DNA of 64,000 nucleotides from Phycisphaeraceae bacterium. Lineage in GTDB: Bacteria > Planctomycetota > Phycisphaerae > Phycisphaerales > Phycisphaeraceae. The position numbers were made by a program, and so were the translations under genes. A model generated the notes under the pieces. That model searched no databases, had not been told where the DNA came from, and saw only the letters and a program-made list of their open reading frames with translations. Below are positions 52,549 to 59,142 of the stretch, piece by piece (the stretch's first letter is position 1; each line of letters starts with the position of its first letter). Where the stretch lies: the NCBI GenBank assembly GCA_963674705.1, contig OY771506.1:576001-640000 (forward strand). Reading direction: 5' to 3'.

Positions 52549-53529
52549 ATGCAGGAGATGAAATTACGGCCTAAAGCATTAGAAAACTTGGCGGTAATGA
52601 TTTGCGGAAATAAAGATGATCCGTATGGAATACCATTTTCATATCGCTCTAGTTCATACTTAACAGGTTTCTTTTCTGAGTGTGACTTAACATTTGTACA
52701 TGATGGCTCAACACGTAAAAGGTGGGTACTAGATGTTCTAAATTCACTAAACCAAAATGTCGCAAGTATGCCCGATCTCCCCTCAGATGACCTGGTTCGG
52801 GTAATCACCGAATTAATGGATCCAGACCATTTTGACGCGGAAGATACCGATCGAGGACAGGCCTTGAACAAGTTAAACCAAACTCTCAGCCGAGATTCCT
52901 TGATCGCATATATTGAAAATAATGGGCAGTGTTATTTACGACATACAGGCGCTGGTACAACATCTGCAATGTTGCCTCAACGACCCCGCCCACTATCTCC
53001 AGAAGAAAAACAACAGCGAGACACACTGTCCAAATTTCTCGATAACGCGAGCGAAGACGAGTTTACAGAAACAGTACTAGTCCCATTATTTCAGCGCCTT
53101 GGATATCACAGAGTCATAGCATCGGGGCACAAAGAAAAAGTATTAGAATTCGGGAAAGACTTATGGATGAAGTTTCAATTACCAACTGCCCATTGGATAT
53201 ACTTTGCCATACAGGTAAAAAGAGTGAAAATTGATGCCAAAGGTAAAAGCAGTGGTAATGTTACAGAAGTACTCAATCAGGTGAGAATGGCTCTGGACCA
53301 CGAGATATTTGATCCCGATGTAAATCGAACAGTACTACCAGATCATATCTACGTTATTTCGGCTGCAGAGATAACCCGAGCAGCACAAGCTTGGATCATT
53401 CGACATCTAGATAGAGAACAACGACGTCAAATCATCTTCATGGATCGCACGGAATTATTGAATTTCGCAGCTCGAATAGTTACAGAACTACCAACGCCGA
53501 ATTCTATCGATGACGAAATACCTTTCTAA
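52549..53529 (+). CDS. Putative restriction-endonuclease-fold (Mrr-like) protein with AbiJ-like N-terminal domain
   Basis: YRSSSYLTGFF...HDGSTRKRWV, EDEF...LFQRLGY, EFGKD, AIQVK; visibly AT-rich. Confidence 0.65.
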   Translation: MQEMKLRPKALENLAVMICGNKDDPYGIPFSYRSSSYLTGFFSECDLTFVHDGSTRKRWVLDVLNSLNQNVASMPDLPSDDLVRVITELMDPDHFDAEDTDRGQALNKLNQTLSRDSLIAYIENNGQCYLRHTGAGTTSAMLPQRPRPLSPEEKQQRDTLSKFLDNASEDEFTETVLVPLFQRLGYHRVIASGHKEKVLEFGKDLWMKFQLPTAHWIYFAIQVKRVKIDAKGKSSGNVTEVLNQVRMALDHEIFDPDVNRTVLPDHIYVISAAEITRAAQAWIIRHLDREQRRQIIFMDRTELLNFAARIVTELPTPNSIDDEIPF

Positions 53530-53532
53530 AAA

Positions 53533-53605
53533 TCAGAGCGGCAGGACTCGAACCTGCGGCCGCCTGGTCCCAAACCAGGCGCTCTGCCAACTGAGCTACG
53601 CTCTG
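53533..53605 (-). tRNA. tRNA-Pro(TGG)
   Basis: CCTGG-TTTGGGA-CCAGG. Confidence 0.92.
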
Positions 53606-53664
53606 TGATAAAGCCCGGCCGGGCGCGCTTGTGAGAAGCGGCCCGATGGCCGGGGATATAGGGG

Positions 53665-54279
53665 TTAATCGTGCAACTCGGTGTTCCAGTACGCGGTGTC
53701 CACGAAGTGTTTCCACGTGTCGTGGCGGAACCGATGCGAACGGAACATGAGTGCCGTCGGGTCCGGACGCTTCGGCTGACGGATCAACTTCAGGCCGGCC
53801 TCTTCGGGCGTGCGGTTGCCTTTGATCGCGTTAACTTCGACGCAGCAGCAAACCAGGTTTTCCCAATTCGTCTTGCCGCCACGCGAGGTGGGGATGACGT
53901 GGTCGAGGTTCAGCTTGCTGGCAGGGAGTTTGCGGCCGGTGTACTGGCAGGTGTAGTTATCCCGCAGGTACACGTTCTTTCGGCTCAAGCGCACGGCCTG
54001 GCGTTGCATACGCCGATCGAACCGCAGCATGCGGACGACGCTTGGGACGATGATGGCCGAGGTTACCGTTCGCACGAAGCTGTGGGCCTCGGGCTCGAAC
54101 TCATGTGCGAATTCACTGAGCTCGTGCCAGGATGCGAAGTCGTAAGCGCGATAGTTTTCGTCAACGGCTTCGACTCGGCCGACAAACAGATCGGCCAGCG
54201 CTTCAGCAGCGGTGATGATCCGCAGCGCGGCGTAGTTACGGTTCAGAACGAGCACATCATGCGACAGAGCCGACGTCAT
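53665..54279 (-). CDS. HNH endonuclease (McrA-like)
   Basis: VLVLNRNY, SRKNVYLRDNYTCQY, LDHVIP.SRGG..WENLV..C...N..KG; SD AAAGGAGGT. Confidence 0.92.
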   Translation of the reverse strand: MTSALSHDVLVLNRNYAALRIITAAEALADLFVGRVEAVDENYRAYDFASWHELSEFAHEFEPEAHSFVRTVTSAIIVPSVVRMLRFDRRMQRQAVRLSRKNVYLRDNYTCQYTGRKLPASKLNLDHVIPTSRGGKTNWENLVCCCVEVNAIKGNRTPEEAGLKLIRQPKRPDPTALMFRSHRFRHDTWKHFVDTAYWNTELHD

Positions 54280-54380
54280 GGCCGACCTCCTTTCAGGATT
54301 GAAGTTGATTGACTGGTTTTGTCCCCTCTCCCCAGGCAACGAATTCGATCTGCGTTGCAACTTCTTACAGAAGAAAACTA

Positions 54381-54549
54381 TTAGCCACCGATGAACACGG
54401 ATGAACACAGATCAGAATAAATCCTGTTTCGTGTTTCGAACACATTGACTCAAGATGCCTGTTCTGACTACTTGAACTGCGATGAATCTGATGCACTTAA
54501 GCTTCTCTTGCTTTGCATCTGTGTTCATCCGTGTTTATCTGTGGCTAAA
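54381..54549. repeat. MITE-like element with (GATGAACACR)n inverted arms
   Basis: TTAGCCACCGATGAACACGGATGAACACAGAT...ATCTGTGTTCATCCGTGTTTATCTGTGGCTAA. Confidence 0.8.
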
Positions 54550-54613
54550 ATTGGCTGGCTGAAGACTCCGAACGAATATGTTGCGAGGGAAGAGGGAGCA
54601 GGAGTAAAGCAAG

Positions 54614-54685
54614 TGGAGCTGCGGGGAATCGAACCCCGATCTCCCGGGTGCAAGCCGGGTGCTCTCCCGATTGAGCTACGGCCCC
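54614..54685 (-). tRNA. tRNA-Ala(TGC)
   Basis: CCCGG-CTTGCAC-CCGGG, G3-U70. Confidence 0.92.
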
Positions 54686-54696
54686 ATGAAAAGGAA

Positions 54697-54761
54697 TGTC
54701 GCGGAGAGGATTCGAACCTCCATCAACTGGGAAGTGCCTCTGCCGATTGGGCTACGACGAC
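54697..54761 (-). ncRNA. tRNA-like RNA lacking an anticodon arm (or tRNA pseudogene)
   Basis: Acceptor ends, D arm TAGCCCAATCGGCAGAGGC and T arm GGAGGTTCGAATCCTCT present, joined only by ACTTCCCAGTTGAT. Confidence 0.6.
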
Positions 54762-55993
54762 AAAATTAAAAAAAGTAAGTGGCCCGGGTGGGAGTCGAAC
54801 CCACAACGCACCGGATCTGAGCCGGCGTCCTCTGCCGGTTGGGATACCGAGCCGGAGATAGAGCAGGAGTAAAACAGAGCAGGAGAACAGGAGATAGGAG
54901 AGCAGGAGAAAAAGATAAGTGCTCTCGGCTGGGGTCGAACCAGCACGCCGTTGCCGGCAGCGGGGTTTAAATCCGCCGCGTCTGCCTGTTCCGCCACGAG
55001 AGCGTTTGTTTGTTTAACACGAATGCCGCCGGCAGGATTCGAACCTGCACGTTGCCGGGTTTGAGCCGGCTTCCTCTGCCGATTGGGATACGGCGGCCAG
55101 GTTGGTGCGTCGGGCGGGATGATGAGTTTGCTGCGATACGGGCGGACGGTTTGTCGCGGGGTGTGAAGTTGCCGAAAGCGTTTCGCTAGCAGCGTACAGA
55201 ATCGACAGTATTCAAGATCCACATCTTTTAGCTTAACTTGAATACAGCGTGAACCATCCAAGTATCTCTTAGCTTGCTTTTCGGCAATCTCTGTATACGA
55301 GCGTGCGTAATACGGGCCACCATAGATCCGCCACAACTCACTAATGCTGATAGGTGCTCTGCCCAGCACGGCGTCTATAAAGTCGAAACCCCAAGGGGGA
55401 TACCCCAAGATTCGCCGGGCGGTGATGGGCGCCAGGTCAATCATGAACCAACGATGACGCCGGTGATGCAATTGGAAACCGGCGCAGACATCAAAAAACA
55501 CACAAGGTGGGTCAAACTTTCTGCATGACCTAAACGACGGCGACATCATCAGTAGACCGGTGTCCGGATGCACATAGAACCGGTCGCGCCAATGGCGGCC
55601 CCAGATTGGTTGCCAACCGAAGGGGTAGCCGACCGAACAGGGTTGGCCGTCAATGATCCGGACATGTCGGACAACAAGCCAGAGCACGTGGTCGCGCACG
55701 TGGTTTTGAACGGTACTGTCAACCCGGACGTGTTGGCTGATCTCCGACCAGACATCGTTCCACGGCTTGCCGACCGAGCTCTGCAGGAAACGGATCAGTG
55801 GGGCCAGGTTTTCGCTTTGCCACTTCATATTTTTCCATGTCTGCCAGGCTCGTTTCATACCTTCTATATGGGGTAGGCCGGTGTCGTCATCGGCGTCGCG
55901 TGGTAATCGGTAGCGCTTGGCGCCACGGGGGAACTTATTACGGCAGCCTCCCCGCGGTCGCTCGACGATCAGCTTGGCCATGTCGCTTCGCAC
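54752..55993 (-). CDS. Hypothetical basic protein; ORF runs through three tRNA-Leu genes before a stop
   Basis: SD AAAGGAGGTG before GTG 55993; MRSDMAKLIVERPR, ENLAPLIRFLQSSVGKPWNDVWSEI, FYVHPDTGLL. Confidence 0.7.
   Translation of the reverse strand: MRSDMAKLIVERPRGGCRNKFPRGAKRYRLPRDADDDTGLPHIEGMKRAWQTWKNMKWQSENLAPLIRFLQSSVGKPWNDVWSEISQHVRVDSTVQNHVRDHVLWLVVRHVRIIDGQPCSVGYPFGWQPIWGRHWRDRFYVHPDTGLLMMSPSFRSCRKFDPPCVFFDVCAGFQLHHRRHRWFMIDLAPITARRILGYPPWGFDFIDAVLGRAPISISELWRIYGGPYYARSYTEIAEKQAKRYLDGSRCIQVKLKDVDLEYCRFCTLLAKRFRQLHTPRQTVRPYRSKLIIPPDAPTWPPYPNRQRKPAQTRQRAGSNPAGGIRVKQTNALVAEQADAADLNPAAGNGVLVRPQPRALIFFSCSPISCSPALFYSCSISGSVSQPAEDAGSDPVRCGFDSHPGHLLFLILSS
54780..54853 (-). tRNA. tRNA-Leu(CAG), short variable loop
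   Basis: GCCGG-CTCAGAT-CCGGT, 5-nt variable region, A73. Confidence 0.85.
54920..55003 (-). tRNA. tRNA-Leu(TAA)
   Basis: GCGGA-TTTAAAC-CCCGC, long variable arm. Confidence 0.88.
55024..55097 (-). tRNA. tRNA-Leu(CAA), short variable loop
   Basis: GCCGG-CTCAAAC-CCGGC, 5-nt variable region. Confidence 0.85.
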
Positions 55994-56048
55994 GGCACAC
56001 CTCCTTTCTGCTGTTGCGGTTGTTGCGGTTGCTACGAAGACAGGACAA

Positions 56049-56121
56049 TCACCCCGGCAAGAATCGAACTTGCAGCCTTCGGCTTCGGAGGCCGATGCTC
56101 TTCCGGTTGAGCTACGAGGTG
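56049..56121 (-). tRNA. tRNA-Arg(CCG)
   Basis: TCGGC-CTCCGAA-GCCGA. Confidence 0.9.
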
Positions 56122-56292
56122 TTAGTGAAAACAAAAGCGGTTTGCCACGAAAAGGCACAGAAGACACAAAAGGGCTGGCTTAAGAAGCACAGAACATTGC
56201 GTAACAAACCAATTGAATACTCATGTATTTCTATTTTGTGGTTTTTGTGCCTTTTGTGGCTACTTCTTAGTCTTACATGAATGTGAGATTAA

Positions 56293-56365
56293 ACAGGCCG
56301 GCGGGATTTGAACCCGCAACCTGCCGGTTCAAAGCCGGCCGCTCTTCCGGTTGAGCTACAGCCCG
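56293..56365 (-). tRNA. tRNA-Gln(TTG) with Arg-like body
   Basis: GCCGG-CTTTGAA-CCGGC; D arm identical to tRNA-Arg(CCG). Confidence 0.8.
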
Positions 56366-56366
56366 A

Positions 56367-56438
56367 TCGACCCGGCGTGACTCGAACCCACGCACAGGCC
56401 CTTATAAGGGACCCGCTCTGCCACTGAGCTACGGGTCG
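56367..56438 (-). tRNA. tRNA-Ile(TAT)
   Basis: GGTCC-CTTATAA-GGGCC, A73, one T-stem mismatch. Confidence 0.75.
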
Positions 56439-56594
56439 GGGGATTCGATCTGAAGTACCAATTCAATTGGATTACCCGCTCGATCATGTTGCATACGAAT
56501 ACACAATGAATTCGGCCCTCACCCCGGCCCTCTCCCGAGGGGAGAGGGGGAAAGTACAAGCCTCAAGACTCACGCCTCAAACCTTTTCAAAAAG

Positions 56595-56667
56595 CCACCC
56601 CGGCAGGATTCGAACCTGCACCTTCCGGATTCGTAGTCCGGCGCCCATCCGCTTGAGCTTCGGGGTG
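56595..56667 (-). tRNA. tRNA-Arg(ACG)
   Basis: CCGGA-CTACGAA-TCCGG. Confidence 0.9.
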
Positions 56668-56682
56668 AAGTACCCGACGGCG

Positions 56683-57417
56683 TTATGCAAACCGACGGGC
56701 GATGTATGTATTGATCGTGTCAACAACACGACGCTGCGATGCGAGCACATGGTCTGCGTGAAGTCGAAAATCACGAGGAATGTGGCCATGCTCATCGTAG
56801 GCCACCTCTCGCCAAAGGATCACCAGGCCGACGCCCGCGAATGTGTATTGATGGCGGTTTTCCGAAAAATGACAACGACGGACTAACTCTGCGCCGTACG
56901 ATACACGTGCCAGATCCCGGCCGAAGTTACCCGTCCAGGTCACGATCTGTTCGAGGTCGGCTTCAACAAGAGGCCAGCCGTTCGATGCAACAAGATCACG
57001 TAACGTCATCAGCTTCAGGACCCTCGCCATATCGCGATCACGTTTGCGTGGGTATACCTTATCGCCCAGCCGCCAGATCAGTCGATTGCAGAACCGGCAA
57101 CTGCAATGAATATCAACCGGTGTTTGCCGCAATGGGTGATCTGCGGAGGTATGTCCGAACGATACTAACATGCTTGTGTAAGCAACCATGTCAGCATCAT
57201 GAAGAAGTAGTTCTTCCGGGATAACGCCGCGGTTATTCACAAGCCAATCCGCAGCAGCTTCGCACTCAGGTATATGTTTGTGGTCGTGGTCGAACCGCAG
57301 GCCGGTTTTGAAACGGGCATCACGGAGCCAATCGATGAATGCGTAGACAATCTGTTGTACACGTATCGCCTGATCAACTGTTTGTTTTGTGAGTACGATG
57401 CACCTGCCTTTGAGCAA
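56683..57417 (-). CDS. Hypothetical protein with CxCxxC motif
   Basis: 244-aa ORF filling the gap between tRNA-Thr and tRNA-Arg; start uncertain. Confidence 0.6.
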   Translation of the reverse strand: MLKGRCIVLTKQTVDQAIRVQQIVYAFIDWLRDARFKTGLRFDHDHKHIPECEAAADWLVNNRGVIPEELLLHDADMVAYTSMLVSFGHTSADHPLRQTPVDIHCSCRFCNRLIWRLGDKVYPRKRDRDMARVLKLMTLRDLVASNGWPLVEADLEQIVTWTGNFGRDLARVSYGAELVRRCHFSENRHQYTFAGVGLVILWREVAYDEHGHIPRDFRLHADHVLASQRRVVDTINTYIARRFA

Positions 57418-57419
57418 AG

Positions 57420-57492
57420 AGCCACGAGTCGGGATTGAACCGACGACCTGCGGTTTACAAGACCGCTGCTCTGCCAGTTGAGCTACCGTGGC
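57420..57492 (-). tRNA. tRNA-Thr(TGT)
   Basis: GCGGT-CTTGTAA-ACCGC. Confidence 0.92.
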
Positions 57493-57538
57493 GGGGAACT
57501 TTCGGGGGGAAACTTCCGGGGGAAACTTCCGGGGGAAA
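57493..57538. repeat. Short tandem repeat (GGGGGAAACTTCC), about 3.5 units
   Basis: Seen directly between tRNA-Thr and tRNA-Asp. Confidence 0.75.
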
Positions 57539-57539
57539 G

Positions 57540-57613
57540 CGACGCCGACGGGGATCGAACCCGTGACCTCTTCCGTGACAGGGAAGTGCTCTTGCCGATT
57601 GAGCTACGGCGCC
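57540..57613 (-). tRNA. tRNA-Asp(GTC)
   Basis: CTTCC-CTGTCAC-GGAAG, G73. Confidence 0.92.
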
Positions 57614-57640
57614 GTGCTTCAATCTGAATAGAAAGTATTT

Positions 57641-57734
57641 TTAGCCACGGATGAACACGGATGAACACAGATAAGATTTGAAAATATCTCATTCAGATCG
57701 TAATCCGTGTTTATCTGTGTTCATCGGTGGCTAA
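57641..57734. repeat. MITE-like element with (GATGAACACR)n inverted arms
   Basis: Same arms as 54381-54549. Confidence 0.8.
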
Positions 57735-57754
57735 TACAGGTTAATACAGCACAA

Positions 57755-57836
57755 AGCTACCGACGGGAGCCCCCGGTTTTGAACCCGTGACCGCCCGCTT
57801 ACCACGCGGGTGCTCTTCCGGCCGAGCTCCGGCAGC
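57755..57836 (-). tRNA. tRNA-Thr(GGT) with 9-nt T-loop insertion (possibly pseudogene)
   Basis: CCCGC-GTGGTAA-GCGGG; T arm ACGGG-TTCAAAACCGGGGGCT-CCCGT. Confidence 0.65.
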
Positions 57837-57849
57837 ATTGTTAAAACAA

Positions 57850-57922
57850 TTGACCCGAGAGGAATTGAACCTCTTGCCCCCCGCTTATCAGGCGGGTGCT
57901 CTTGCCGGTGAGCTACGGGTCA
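57850..57922 (-). tRNA. tRNA-Ile(GAT)
   Basis: CCCGC-CTGATAA-GCGGG. Confidence 0.9.
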
Positions 57923-58000
57923 AGTCTGTAATAAAGCGCATCGCCCCGCCGCCCGATTGCGACGGGGCTTGCGATTTTTTTACATCCATCCACTCTTAAC

Positions 58001-58012
58001 TTGTCAATGAAC
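58001..58012 (-). promoter_or_regulatory. boxA-like antitermination element
   Basis: GTTCATTGACAA resembles the rRNA-operon boxA consensus (GYTCTTTRAMAA). Confidence 0.5.
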
Positions 58013-58039
58013 GCGTGGCTGTAAACACAGCCGACTAAG

Positions 58040-58111
58040 CCGCTGGTCCCGGATTCGAACCGGGGGCTCCCGGGCTTCAACCGAGCGCTTTACCCGCTAA
58101 GCGAACCAGCG
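58040..58111 (-). tRNA. tRNA-Phe(GAA), atypical (G37, C1-G72, G73)
   Basis: CTCGG-TTGAAGC-CCGGG; T arm CCCGG-TTCGAAT-CCGGG. Confidence 0.8.
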
Positions 58112-58185
58112 CCCCCCCGATCCCCGGAAGTTTTTCCCTCGTGTTATTCACACGGAAGGAATGCTTCCGGGGATCGGGTTAAAAG

Positions 58186-58257
58186 TCGCCGCGGTCGGGA
58201 TTGAACCGACGCACTTCCCCATGTAACGGGGATGCTCTACCGCTGAGCTACGCGGCA
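58186..58257 (-). tRNA. tRNA-Val(TAC)
   Basis: TCCCC-GTTACAT-GGGGA. Confidence 0.88.
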
Positions 58258-58439
58258 TCGTTGGCGCACCGATCGCGTGGACGGTTTTGGCCGTCTTTGT
58301 CGCACCGATCGGTGCGCCACTTTCGGGTTGTCTCGGCCGAGAAGGGATATACCCCCGTCTCTCAGCCTCTCCCCAGCCCCCGGAAGTTTTGTCACTCGCG
58401 CTACTCACGCGTAAGTAATCTTCCAGGGACGGTTGTTAA

Positions 58440-58511
58440 TGGCGGCGACGGGACTCGAACCCGTGTCTCCGGGACATGAACCCGGCAAGGAACCAACTCC
58501 TCCACACCGCT
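58440..58511 (-). tRNA. Initiator-like tRNA-fMet(CAT)
   Basis: CCGGG-TTCATGT-CCCGG (three G-C pairs), A1/C72 mismatch. Confidence 0.8.
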
Positions 58512-58525
58512 ATTTACTTTTTAAG

Positions 58526-58599
58526 TCGCGATGGCTGGACTTGAACCAGCAACCTTTCCCGTATGAAGGGCGTGCTCTACACTTTTGAGCTACATCGCG
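58526..58599 (-). tRNA. tRNA-Met(CAT) elongator (Ile2 not excluded)
   Basis: cgCCC-TTCATAC-GGGaa, weak anticodon stem. Confidence 0.75.
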
Positions 58600-58647
58600 A
58601 ATTTGTTGTTTTCGATCGTCCTTTCTTTTTAACACTCAAACTTTGAA

Positions 58648-58719
58648 TGGCCGCGGCTGGGATCGAACCAGCGCCCCCCTGCTTGTCGTGCAGGTGATCT
58701 ACCGCTGATCTACGCGGCC
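58648..58719 (-). tRNA. tRNA-Val(GAC), A32/C33
   Basis: CCTGC-ACGACAA-GCAGG. Confidence 0.82.
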
Positions 58720-58732
58720 ATGGGATAACCAA

Positions 58733-58803
58733 TAGCCTTGGCGGGAATTGAACCCGCGGCTCCGCCTTGAAAGGGCGGCGTGCTTCCACTGCACCACAAG
58801 GCC
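58733..58803 (-). tRNA. tRNA-Glu(TTC)
   Basis: CCGCC-CTTTCAA-GGCGG. Confidence 0.88.
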
Positions 58804-58872
58804 AATGCATAACGACAGTTACGTCGTTTCGAACGTCGTGTGGCGTCGGGTTTTGAGTCTGGGGAAGCGGGC

Positions 58873-59100
58873 TTACGCGGCGGATCGATCGCCCGGCATA
58901 AATCGCCGTGATCGACCTTTGCCGGCGGCCTGTGTCCCTGGTAGTAGCACGCATAACGCATGCCTGTAAATACCGAGGTAACTGAAGGCCGCTTGGCATA
59001 TGTCCGCAAGAATCGCGGACACGTCCCCAATGCCGCCAGACAGCATCGACGCACAGGACGTGCGTTCGTATGTATTCAGTTTTTGCTGTCTGAGGGTCAT
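58873..59100 (-). CDS. Putative 75-aa leader ORF of the tRNA operon
   Basis: SD TAGGTGA before ATG 59100; lies between the promoter and the first tRNA. Confidence 0.55.
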   Translation of the reverse strand: MTLRQQKLNTYERTSCASMLSGGIGDVSAILADICQAAFSYLGIYRHALCVLLPGTQAAGKGRSRRFMPGDRSAA

Positions 59101-59142
59101 CGGTTCACCTACTTCGTTAGAAGTTACTATTAACTGGCGAGA

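Noticed and set aside
55170..55185. AAA CGC TTT C as another +1 shift site in the 55993 gene
   Set aside because: The shifted frame gives no recognisable sequence and no stop before the tRNA.
46407..58803. Stop-suppressor, Sec/Pyl or 8-nt-loop quadruplet tRNAs
   Set aside because: All anticodon loops read are 7 nt with sense anticodons.
58258..59100. GOLLD/ROOL-type large ncRNA or Ro60/RtcB repair module
   Set aside because: No spacer is long enough for such RNAs, and no TROVE or RtcB gene is present in the window.
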